Source: Orbicella franksi (Eukaryota). Taken from it: a DNA stretch of 64,000 nucleotides. How positions within the stretch are numbered: position 1 is the stretch's first letter; every line of letters starts with the position of its first letter. The translations under genes and the position numbers were made by a program. The notes beneath the pieces are model-generated. The model was not told where the DNA came from, made no database searches, and saw only the letters and a list, made by a program, of their open reading frames with translations. The stretch is from NCBI GenBank assembly GCA_964199315.1, contig OZ116707.1, positions 62,001-126,000 of the forward strand, read 5' to 3'. Shown here in pieces: positions 13,530 through 24,525 of the stretch.

Positions 13530-16500
13530 GACTCTGGTCAAGATGGCGGGTCGGTCGAGTTTTGCGAGCTCTCTTACATTTCATTTAATAATATGTTTAC
13601 TCCTTGCTCAAGTCTCGAAGTTTTACCCTCAAGGAACCCAACACAGTAACCTTCAAATTCTTATGGCTACAAAAGACGCAAATGAAGTGAAGCTCAACGT
13701 TTATCCAGCAAAGTCAACTCCGAGATCCCTCGCAACCAGCATGGCGAACGCAACGAAGACCATGAAGCTGATTCGCTTTATACGCCTTCTAAATACAGCC
13801 ATGATTGCAAATGTCATTTTATTATCGAATGATATACAACTAAATCCAGGCCCTGGGCCTATTCAACATCGTGAAATGAGGAGCTTGCGTCTATTCCATT
13901 TGAATATCTGCAGCCTAAGAAATAAGGTGGACGAGCTTCGACTGTTCTGCGAAACACACAAACCTCATGTGCTATCGATAAACGAAACATGGTTGGATGA
14001 GTCATTTTCAGACGAAGAAATTTGGCTTCCAGGCTTCAATTTACTGAGGAAAGATAGAAATTGCCATGGGGGTGGATTAGCAGTTTACATCGCTGAACAC
14101 CTGAGCTTCAATCGACTGGACGAAGCAAATCCCGAACTAATGTGTGCAGATTTAGAAGCAATTTGGTTTGAATTGTCTCAACCGAAATCAAAGAAGCTGT
14201 TGGTTGGCTCTATTTACAGATCACCAAATTCGGATATTTCCGCTTTTAATTCGAGTTTGGAGAAGACCCTAAACAACCTTAAGAGTATCGGTGCGGAAAT
14301 GGTACTCATGGGGGACTTAAATGTTGATTTCTCCAAATCAACAACATCTTATAAACACCTTCAACAGATAACCAAGTCATTTTGCCTAAAACAGTTAATC
14401 AAAGGATTTACAAGAGTAACGCAGCACACCAGAACTTTAATTGATTTATTTTTCACCTCAAGGCCAGAACTTTATTTCGCCGGTGTTGTACCAGTTGGTT
14501 TTTCTGACCATAGTGCTATTTTTGGGGTAAGAAAGCTACACAGGATGAAACGCCCTCCACCAAAAATTATTGAAACGAGAAATTATAAACATTATAATCC
14601 AGCATTGTTCCGTGATGACCTAAAACACATCCCATGGGAAATCATCGAACTCGAAGAAACACCAGAGGGTAGTTGGAACGCCTTTAAAGACCTTTTTCTA
14701 ACAGCTGCTGACAAACACGCACCCATTGTTACGCGTCGCGCCCATGGATATTCAGTGCCGTGGTTAACAAGCGATCTAAAGAAACTTATGCAAGAGCATG
14801 ATTACCACCACAAAAAGGCCCTAAGTACAAACAAAGAACAACATTGGAGCAATTATAAGCGGTTACGCAACACCATAAACACAAGAATGCGTAAAGAAAA
14901 AATTGACTATTATGCAAATCAACTGGCGGATGAAAAAGACCCAAAGGTGATGTGGCGAACTTTGCATAAAATCGTCCCCCAAAAAATCAAATCAGTACCT
15001 TCAAGCAGTGATGGTCTTACAGCCTCAAGATTCAATGGCTTTTTTACATCGATCGCAAACTCTCTGAGCAGCCATTTTGAACGTTGTACTCTGCCAAAAG
15101 TTATGTCAACTAGAGTTGAACAAGACTTTGTCCTTGAAGAGGTGTCATCCGGATTTGTTCAAAAAGAACTGCTCAAAATGAAGTCAACTAAAGCTACTGG
15201 CCTCGATGGAATTCCTGCTCGATTACTGAAAGATGCAGCAAATGAAATATCTAGACCAGTCGCCTACCTCATAAATTTAACAATTTCTACCTGTATGATA
15301 CCATCTGAATGGAAAACTGCGAAGGTAACTCCAATATACAAATCGGGCGATAAGAGCGACCCAAATAATTATCGTTCGATTTCAGTCCTTCCGTTGATTT
15401 CTAAAGTAATGGAACGAGCAATTCAATCACAGCTTGTAGCATTTCTAATCAGAAACCATTCCTTGTCAGTGCATCAATCAGGATTCCGTAAGAAACACTC
15501 CACTGAAACAGCCACTGTACACTTTGTTGATCACATTTTAGAACAAATAGATAAACAGATGATTACCGGGTCTATTTTTATAGACCTAAAAAAAGCGTTC
15601 GATCTCGTTGACCACCTCTGCCTGCTCCACAAACTAGAACATTATGGAATTAGAGGGAAAAGTTTGAAATGGTTCGAAGACTACCTTACAGCTCGATCCC
15701 AGAAGGTCAAATACAACCAAGACGAATCATCGAGCTTAACTATTAGTTATGGGGTTCCCCAAGGATCCATACTGGGCCCGATACTATTTGTGATATACAT
15801 CAATGATCTCCCGCAAAGTCTACTGAAGTCACAAATAGGCATGTATGCCGACGATACTGTTATATATTTCTCTGATTCCTGTCCAGATATCATCAAGCAG
15901 GTTCTTCAAAACGATCTTACCAATGTTGAGAAATGGTTAGTAAGCAACAGGCTGATACTCAATCAGAGTAAAACTAAATGGATGCTGTTTGGAACTAGGC
16001 AAAAACTAGAACACTGTCCAGACTATAAAATAGAGCTTCACGGGAAAAACATTGACAGAGTATCAAGCTTCTGTTATTTAGGGGTAACACTAGATGAGAA
16101 TCTTTCATGGAACGAACATGTAGAATTGATTTGTAAGAGAGTAAGAAAACGTCTCGGCCTGCTGTCACGCATACGACCCTACCTTACTCTAAAAGCTGCT
16201 AAATGCGTGTATAATTGTTTAGTTCAGCCGATTTTTGATTACACTAACACGGTATGGGATGGGCTGTCAATCGGTTGCAGTAACAGCTTGCAACGTCTGC
16301 AAAACAGAGCAGCACGCATTATAGAAAGGAGGGCAACAACCGAAGGATCTTTTAAAATGTTAGGGTGGGTGGATTTGGAAACCCAAAGAAAAGCCCACAA
16401 ATGCATTTTAGTTTTTAAATGTTTAAATAATTTAGCTCCTCCATATTTGTCGGATTATTTTATTAGAAATTGCAACGTTCATTCTTACAACACGAGGGAA

Positions 16501-16803
16501 AGGAACGACATGCACTTGCCAAAACCCAAGTTAACGCTAGGGAAAAGGACTTTCAGATACTCTGGTGCGCTTCATTTTAATAATTTACCCACTACAATAA
16601 AAGAAGCAACATCGCTCCCCATTTTTAAAAATCTTCTTAGACTTTATTTTAGAGAGTAGTTTTTATTTTTAATTTTTTATAATTGTAAACGTTAATCTCT
16701 ATGCATAGAAATTTAATGTAGTCTTAATTTACGCAGGGCCCCTTTTGATACCAGCCAAGTGCTGATTGGGCCACCCTGCCTAAATAAAGTTGACCTTGAC
16801 CTT
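13530..16803 (+). mobile_element. L2-type LINE, single intact ORF, inside an intron of the BEN gene
   Basis: ORF starts in CAAGATGGCGG; 3' end AATAAAGTTGACCTTGACC (polyA signal plus short tandem tail). 5' boundary approximate; no TSD found. Confidence 0.9.
13543..16659 (+). CDS. LINE ORF2-type protein, 1038 aa: hydrophobic leader, 2A-like DIQLNPGP, AP endonuclease, reverse transcriptase
   Basis: SINETWL, MGDLNVD, FSDHSAI; IDLKKAFDLV, GVPQGSILGP, YADD; no stops. Confidence 0.95.
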   Translation: MAGRSSFASSLTFHLIICLLLAQVSKFYPQGTQHSNLQILMATKDANEVKLNVYPAKSTPRSLATSMANATKTMKLIRFIRLLNTAMIANVILLSNDIQLNPGPGPIQHREMRSLRLFHLNICSLRNKVDELRLFCETHKPHVLSINETWLDESFSDEEIWLPGFNLLRKDRNCHGGGLAVYIAEHLSFNRLDEANPELMCADLEAIWFELSQPKSKKLLVGSIYRSPNSDISAFNSSLEKTLNNLKSIGAEMVLMGDLNVDFSKSTTSYKHLQQITKSFCLKQLIKGFTRVTQHTRTLIDLFFTSRPELYFAGVVPVGFSDHSAIFGVRKLHRMKRPPPKIIETRNYKHYNPALFRDDLKHIPWEIIELEETPEGSWNAFKDLFLTAADKHAPIVTRRAHGYSVPWLTSDLKKLMQEHDYHHKKALSTNKEQHWSNYKRLRNTINTRMRKEKIDYYANQLADEKDPKVMWRTLHKIVPQKIKSVPSSSDGLTASRFNGFFTSIANSLSSHFERCTLPKVMSTRVEQDFVLEEVSSGFVQKELLKMKSTKATGLDGIPARLLKDAANEISRPVAYLINLTISTCMIPSEWKTAKVTPIYKSGDKSDPNNYRSISVLPLISKVMERAIQSQLVAFLIRNHSLSVHQSGFRKKHSTETATVHFVDHILEQIDKQMITGSIFIDLKKAFDLVDHLCLLHKLEHYGIRGKSLKWFEDYLTARSQKVKYNQDESSSLTISYGVPQGSILGPILFVIYINDLPQSLLKSQIGMYADDTVIYFSDSCPDIIKQVLQNDLTNVEKWLVSNRLILNQSKTKWMLFGTRQKLEHCPDYKIELHGKNIDRVSSFCYLGVTLDENLSWNEHVELICKRVRKRLGLLSRIRPYLTLKAAKCVYNCLVQPIFDYTNTVWDGLSIGCSNSLQRLQNRAARIIERRATTEGSFKMLGWVDLETQRKAHKCILVFKCLNNLAPPYLSDYFIRNCNVHSYNTRERNDMHLPKPKLTLGKRTFRYSGALHFNNLPTTIKEATSLPIFKNLLRLYFRE

Positions 16804-17654
16804 TCTGTTAACTTTTAGTACTATCTACTGAAGTCCTCGGCTACTTTAAAAAGCTTGTTGGGCTTTTTGAAGGGGAAGACATTCAGGCCCTGCCAGAAGT
16901 CGCTCCCTGTACTCAGTCCTATGTTATAAAGGCCAATTTTAATCCATCTGAGGTTAGAGTTTGTCATTGTTAACAACTGGTAGCAAATCTGTGTATTTTT
17001 TCTGAGTAAGGTGCTGTCTGAAAGCACGCTGTTGACATCAGTTACAGTTTCGCTTGCTTTGATAGCCAACGGTGAATGTGAGTTCACAGATTGCCCGCAG
17101 AAGCTTTAAACTACACTTACGTGGTTACATATCAACTAAAAGTATTAAAAAAATCAAAGGAGAATAAAAGCTATAACCTATCCGTCAGTTGTTATAATAT
17201 CAATGTTTCCTTTATTCTCTGCACGTTTTATGCGGAAATTGGATGGTTTCTGTGACAAAAACAGCAATTATAAGGAACGTTTCAGCTTGTTCAGTTATGA
17301 ATTTTATTGATTTCCCTAAGCTATCTCCAAGTACATTTTCCCAGTGTTAAACAAGTAATGGAACTGATTACGATTCTGTCTCCCTAGTTATGACAACGTC
17401 AAACGATTGAATGAGGGGATTCGGATGACTTATGAAGGAGATCTACTGGGGGTGCCAAATGAAATGCTTTTCTCTGAATTTTTATTTCTTATTAATTTAC
17501 GTGAGGGAGAAATGCGCTTGCTCAAGGGATACGATGTCTTCGTCCCGGGCAGCAAATTAAGAATCCTCATCAACGAGGCCAGATTGAAAGGCCCTCTTCA
17601 CTTGCTACAAAAACTGATTCCGTTAATTTTTTCAAGTGAAGAACTTGCCCAGTC

Positions 17655-20600
17655 TGTGACATGTTGCGTGACATATCGTTACATCGTTACGTCATTTAGT
17701 TCCCGTATGTTAGATGGCGTCAGTTCCATGTGGACTTCACTTGAAATAAAGCCTGTGCTTGTGTTTTCTTGCCGGACTTCTGTTGTCCCGTCTTTCTTGA
17801 GTTTAGCTGATTGATACATGGTGGCAGCGGTTGAGAATCTGCTCAGAACCGCTGCAAGTCATGCCTGCAACTGGAGTTGAAGCTGACGCCGTTTCTGCAC
17901 CAACCTTGAGCGCTGCTCAACCGAATCGCCTGCCATTACCACATGTAAAACCTCCTGCTCCACTCAACCTTGTGGACTGTTCGCCGAAAAAGTGGAAATT
18001 ATGGAAACAAACCTGGATTAACTACGCGGTTGTAGCGAAGATTACCAGCCAAGATGCTCAATATCAAAAAGCCCTTTTTCTCTGTACCATCGGTCAAGGT
18101 GCATTGGAGATCTTCAACGCCTTTTGGTACAACACCGGCGAAGACCCCGAAAAGGTCGATACCATAATAGCCAAGTTTGAGGAGTACTTCACGGGTGAAG
18201 TCAACGAGACGTATGAACGCTTCAAGTTCAACCAAAGAAATCAAGAAGTCGGCGAAAGCTTCGATGCATACCTGATCGCACTACGAAACATGGCTGAAAC
18301 ATGTAACTTTTGCACTTGCCCTCAAATGACTAATTCTCTTCTTCAAGACCGTATTGTTCTCAGCATCAGAAATGGCGATGCCAGAAAAAGGCTCCTTCAA
18401 GAACCAAAGCTGGATTTAACGAGATGTATTGATATTTGCCACACATCTGAAAGTGCCACAACTCAACTGCAGGCAATTGGTGCGAGTGAAAAAGTTGAGG
18501 AAGTCCACTGGGTAAACCAATCACGTAGAACGAATGGCAAACGGAGTGACCCCCCTGAACCATCATCTGACAGGAAAACCACGCAGTCACGAAAGCTCAA
18601 GTGCAAATTCTGCTTGCAGACTCATGTTCTGAAAAAAGAATTGTGTCCTGCATGGGGTAAACGGTGCAATGCATGCGGGAAAATGAATCACTGGAAGGGC
18701 TCTGTGGTCTGTGAGACAAAAGGAAAGGTGCACCTAGTGAATCAGGCCTGTGACTCCTCTGACTCCGACTCGGATGTGGCCTCTGTAAAGACCCTTAATG
18801 CTTTTGTCAATGGTGTTGCATCTAGGAAGGATAAGCCAATCTATTGTGAAATGAACATTAACTCCAGCCCAGTCAAACTGCAAATAGACTGTGGAGCTAC
18901 TGTCAGCATCATTCCCAGAAATTGCATAGGCAACAGTGAAATTCAGCCATCCAACATTTCCCTCGAAATGTGGAACAAAGCAAAAATGAAAGCACTTGGT
19001 ACCTGTAAACTCCTCCTAGAGAACCCCAAAACCTCCAAGAAGTACATGGTGAAGTTTGTTGTTGTTGAAGCTGAACTAACCCCACTGCTGAGTCGCAAGG
19101 CAGCTGAGAAGATGAAGCTGATCACAGTCAACTATGATAAGTTTGAAAGTGTTAATGGAGTAGTTGAAGGCCAGCAAGACGTCTTAAAAGCTTTTCCTGA
19201 TGTATTCAATGGCGACATTGGCACCTTATCTGGCTCTGTACGTCTGACCATCAAGCCCGATGTAGAGCCGGTACTTCGTCCACCGAAAAGGCTGCCTGTT
19301 GAGCTGCGAGACCAGGTTAAGCAGGAGCTTGACAGACTGGTCGGGGTAGGAGTTCTCGCTCCCGTAGATGAACCCACCGACTGGGTAAATCAGATGGCAA
19401 TTGCAACCAAAAAGGATGGAAGTCTTCGGATCTGCATAGATCCACGATCCCTTAACCTCGCGTTAAAGCGGGAACACTACCAGCTTCCTGTACTGGATGA
19501 CATCCTCCCTGACCTTGCAAAGGCGAAAGTTTTCAGCAAAGTTGATCTGAGTCATGGTTATTGGCACTGTACCTTGGAAGAAGAGTCCAGTCTGCTTACC
19601 ACTTTCTCTACCCCATTCGGGAGGTACAGGTGGAGACGTCTTCCCTTTGGACTCTCTGTTAGCTCTGAGATCTTCCAAAAACGACTCCATCAAGCCCTGG
19701 AAGGACTGGTGGGTGTTGCCTGTATAGCTGATGACATATTGATCTATGGTGTTGGAGACACCATTGAGGATGCCACACAGGACCATTACAGAAACCTCAC
19801 ATCACTCCTCCAGCGCTGCGAAGAGAAATCCATCCGCCTCAACAAGGAGAAAGTGACCCTGAGAGTGAAACAACTGGATTTCATGGGGCACCAACTCACT
19901 ACAGAGGGTCTGAAACCAGATCCAAGTAAGGTAGAAGCTATCCTAAAGCTGCAAACACCAAAGACCAAGGAGGACATTGAAAGACTTAACGGAACTGTTA
20001 ATTATCTTGCAAAATTCCTTCCAAAGCTTTCCCAAGTAACGGAACCACTCAGAAGACTTACACAAAAGGGAGTCGAATGGTACTGGGGCGATGCTGAAGA
20101 CAAAGCTTTCAATGAAGTGAAACAACTAGTCACCCAGGCTCCAATCCTTGCCTACTACAGTCCTGACAAAGAGCTTGTTATACAGTGTGATGCCAGCAGC
20201 CTGGGAATTGGTGCCGCACTTATGCAAGAAGGTCGACCACTGGCATATGCTAGCAGAGCACTTACAGATCCTGAGACCCGTTATGCCACCATAGAAAAGG
20301 AGATGCTTGCTATTGTCTTTGCACTGGAGAAGTGGCACCACTTTACCTTTGGTCGCCGGGTAGTTGTCAGATCGGACCACAAGCCACTTGAAGCCATCAC
20401 CAAAAAACCGCTTGACAGGGCACCGAAACGTCTACAAGGCATGTTGCTCAGAAGTCTGGCCTATGACATAGAAGTGCAGTATTCTCCGGGTCACACACAG
20501 CACTTGGCAGACATGATGAGCCGATCATACCTACCAGCTGATGGCCAAGAAACCTGCAATGAATTTGAAGTTGTCAATGCCGTCCAATTCCTGCCCATTG

Positions 20601-22446
20601 GACAAGGGAAGTTACAGAAGTTTCGAGTGGAGACTGAACAAGACGACACCTTACAAGCCCTGAAGAGCACCATACTGAAAGGCTGGCCTGAGGACAAGTC
20701 CAACGTTCCTTCCCAACTGGTCCCCTACTACAGCATGAGAGATGAGCTTAGCATTTATGATGGGCTTGTTTTCAAAGGTGAGCGCCTTGTTGTACCCCAG
20801 GGACTTAGGGCCGAAGTTAAGAGAGACATACATGCATCCCATGCTGGTGTTGAAGGCTGTCTCAGGAGGGCACGGGAAAGTGTGTATTGGCCTGGCATGA
20901 ACTCTGAACTCAGACACTGGATTTCAACCTGCGAGCCCTGTAGGCTGTTTGAAATCTCGCATGGCAAAGAGACCCTCATGTCCCATGAAGTGCCACAGAG
21001 GCCATGGGAGAAAGTAGCTGTTGATCTATTCTCCCTGAACCAGACAGACTACCTGGTGACAGTGGATTACTATAGTGGCTATTGGGAACTGGACAAGCTG
21101 CACCATGTAGATGCTGAGACTGGTGAAGAAACTCAAGGCTCATTTTGCCAGACATGGCAGTCCATGTCAGCTTGTAAGTGACAATGGCGCTCAATTTACA
21201 GCTGCAGAATTCAAGAGAATGACAAAGACCTGGGACATTGAGCATAGTGTTACATCCCCCTACAACAGCAAAGCCAATGGCAAGGTAGAGGCAGCTGTCA
21301 AATCTGCCAAACGACTGCTTCGCAAGACTGCCAAAGCTGGAGACGATTTCTACTTGGGGCTCCTTGCTGAACGCAACACCCCATCACAAGGCATTGGAAG
21401 CAGTCCAGTCCAGAGGCTCATGAATAGAAGAACAAGAACTCTACTGCCTACAACTAACACCCTGTTGGAGCCAAGGACACTCAACTCGGCTCACGAGAGA
21501 GAGAAATTGAAAGAAGTCCAGCAAAGGCAAGCCCGGTATTACAACACCAACGCCCGAGATCTACCCCCTCTGAGTGAGGGTGACACTGTGCGAATGAAGC
21601 CGTTTGTACTGGGAAAAAAGGAGTGGAAGAAGGGAGTTGTCGTGGAAAGGCTCGATGAGAGGTCATATGAAGTGGAGACAGGAGATGGGACGTCTTACAG
21701 ACGAAACAGAGTTCATCTGAAGAGAACCAATGAGCTGCCTCCTGAGGTTACTACTAATTTACCACCACAAGTCTCAAACACTCCTGACACAACCGGTGAC
21801 TCAACTTGTCAAGGAGAGTCAAGCAGCACCCTGGATACCGGTACTTCCCTTGTTGAACTCAACCGAGAGATAGCTGAGTTGGACTGTGGTGTGATAACAA
21901 GGACCCGCTCAGGACGGATTGTAAAAAGACCATCCTATCTCGCAGATTACAATACTTGACTGTCATGCTTCTTGGCCTCAGTTACTGAACCTTGAGTACT
22001 GAACACTGAACCTAACTTTAGCATCGCATGTTTGATTAGTTTGTTGAACACTTGTTATGGTTCACTATTATTGAACATTGACATTTGAATACTAAAGAGA
22101 CTTAATAGAACTTGCTGTGTGGCTACAAGGCCAGGCCCATGATCATTGGACTTTGAAGGGGTTATAGACATTGAACACTTGCCAATGAACATTTATTATG
22201 CTAGATTTGCATGGCTCATTATTTTCTTATTTTATTTTATTTCATATTTCATTTTTACTTGCTTTTTCTATATTGGGGGAGATGTGACATGTTGCGTGAC
22301 ATATCGTTACATCGTTACGTCATTTAGTTCCCGTATGTTAGATGGCGTCAGTTCCATGTGGACTTCACTTGAAATAAAGCCTGTGCTTGTGTTTTCTTGC
22401 CGGACTTCTGTTGTCCCGTCTTTCTTGAGTTTAGCTGATTGATACA
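17655..22446 (+). mobile_element. Ty3/Gypsy LTR retrotransposon 1, full length
   Basis: 164-bp LTRs 17655-17818 and 22283-22446 (TG...CA, identical by eye); TSD CAGTC; PBS TGGTGGCAGCGGT (tRNA-Leu type); PPT GGGGGAGA. Confidence 0.97.
17861..21959 (+). CDS. Gag-pol polyprotein (gag, protease, RT, RNase H, integrase); one frameshift near 21110-21125
   Basis: CPAWGKRCNACGKMNHW, QIDCGATVS, CIADDILI, CDASSLG, DHKPL, HASHAG...C..C, VDYYS, SDNGAQF, NGKVEAAVK. Confidence 0.93.
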
Positions 22447-24525
22447 CAGTCATGTGGGCAAGGCATTGGTTCTTCCTCTACCATCAAGCTTCAGGAAGAA
22501 GGGGACATCAAGCAACCACTGGATAATGCAAAAGTCCAAGTCTTTAAAGGTAGGACCTCTAATCTGTGATTGTTTTGTTTGAGATGACGTGCCTTAAACG
22601 TGGAAAATGAGAAGTAGACCAATGTATTTTTTTGGAAGGAGAGGTTTGCAGTGTTTTAGTTTAAACTAAGAAAAGTTAATACAATCGAACCACTGAATCC
22701 TCCCGCTCAACTACTGGTAAGGAAACAGACCTAGAAAGTTCGTGATATCTTGTTTTTTTTTGTCCATTATAGGAAAACAGCTCAATACAGAATTAATTTG
22801 TTTAGGTAGAACAACGAAGATTCGCCTGCATTCAGTACGCAGTGAATCACGTGACTTTACTACAGACGTACTTGCGTCTTCAAGTGAGACTCTTCTCAAG
22901 TTTTCAGCAGCTCTTTTTAATATCTCTTCGATTTCAATTTGTTCTTCAGAGTACTTGTTGTCATTTTGCATGGCCAATGGCAAAGAAAGCCCAGCGCCTA
23001 AACAAGTCTTCACTCAACAGATCAGCTACTCAAGACACAAGATGAAGAGGGCAAGAGGGAAACTCGAGAACCTAAATATTGAAGTTAACACAATACAGGA
23101 CCTTCAGTAAAGGTGCAAGTTTTTCTATGACTCTTTGAATAAGTATCACGTCAACTTTGAATAAGTAAGAAGTTATACAGTTAAGAATCTTTTAAGGATT
23201 ATTTGTAGAAATAGCACGCGTCTGCGAGTGATAAGTTAGTTGACCATGTGTTACGAGGTTGCAGAACACATAAATTTTTGCTCGAATCGCTGACGGAGTA
23301 CATAGCTTGATTTAGCACCTTTTGTGATACGGTCCTGTGTTGGGTTGTTTAGCCGGTCGACCAAAACTGGAGCTACGATGTTATTTTGCTACGCTCTACA
23401 AGAAAGTGAACAATGTAACACGCTTGACTTGATGTTCGAAAGATATAACACATATATAAACCGTTCTGTTTCTTGTAGCTAGGTTCTTTCTAGTGCTTTC
23501 TCCCTGAAATGAGACACTTCAAAAGCAATTGCTTCTGTCCGTTGTTAAAGTTCAAAAGTACTCTTGGTGGGTAGTTTTGTAGTTTTTAGGGCTTACGCAA
23601 ATCCCAAATTATCTTACTTGTGTGACATACTTCAACTGTGTTTACAGTAGGGTGGACCGTGCACGAAGTCTGGCTATCCGGATTTCATTTCTAAATTCAT
23701 TAACCGAGAAAATGTTCAGTGGAGAGTTTATGCGAACTATCGATGAAGGAGAAAACACTGAATGGAATATCGAATGAGACCAAAGACAAGAAGGCACCCA
23801 GAAACCGTATGTAAATACAAAATGCTTAATTATATGCATATTTAACAAAATTTAGTTTTCCTACACACAAACGATTACATGCCATATTGTACTATGCCGG
23901 TTTGCATTCTTTCAATATTAATTAAGTAGCCAATGCTTTACAAGTATTCCTTTTGTTTAAATTCATGTACCTTTATAAAGAAAACTACTACGGTTTTCGT
24001 TTGACATGTTTTAAGATTGAATAAATATCATATTTCTGACTGCGAAGGCTGTACGTGATACTGGATCATTTTTGCATTGTGTGGAATGTGGCATTTTAAA
24101 CTGAGTTATGTCGATGTTTATTCTATATTTATATTTTATTCGATATTTAGCATTCATGTGGCTGTTCTTATTATTTTGCTGATGTTATTTGGCCATCCTA
24201 ATGTCACGGCGATACAAATGTCTCGCTCCAATCTCATTATATCGTCTTTTGTTTTCCAATCGCTTGCCAGTGGATTTATTGTCAGGAGTTATTTTATCGT
24301 TTATTGACGTGATTTTTTTATGGCTTGAAAATGGCCCGATTATCGCTAAGTCTGGTGATCCAAATGTCATGGCGATACACGTCTCGCTCAATTCTCGCTT
24401 GTTTTGTCTTGCTCATGTCAGCTAAATTATCGCCATGACTTGTCACATTCGAGTCTCACTGGTTAGCATCTTTTTTTTATGGCCTGAATCTGGCCCGTGT
24501 CTCGCCAAGGATTTTCGTACAGGCT

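Larger units (their letters stand above)
10945..23110 (+). pseudogene. Multi-exon polyQ / coiled-coil / BEN-domain gene of the EnSpm element (exons about 10945-11125, 11982-13257, 16819-16952, 17388-17654 + 22452-22549, 22950-23110)
   Basis: GT-AG boundaries. Removing the Gypsy gives LLQKLIPLIFSSEELAQSCGQG...KQPLDNAKVQVFK-EYLLSFC...FTQQISYSRHKMKR, a BEN-like pattern. Frameshift near 12170, stop at 12915; phase at 17388 is unresolved. Confidence 0.68.
7449..24523. mobile_element. EnSpm/CACTA (CMC)-type DNA transposon, 17,075 bp including nested elements
   Basis: Ends CCCGTACAAAAA and TTTTCGTACAGG are inverted; flanks TT/CT fit a 2-bp TSD with one transition; removing the element rejoins the Helentron frame (TVHCLP-RTINESQ); an EnSpm-type transposase lies inside. 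Confidence 0.8.

Noticed and set aside
17066-17077. 12-nt microexon of the BEN gene
   Set aside because: Splice sites look good but the phase does not fit the next exon; cannot be resolved without transcripts.
22146-22442. ORF sharing its C-terminus with ORF 17407-17814
   Set aside because: Both just read into identical LTRs.
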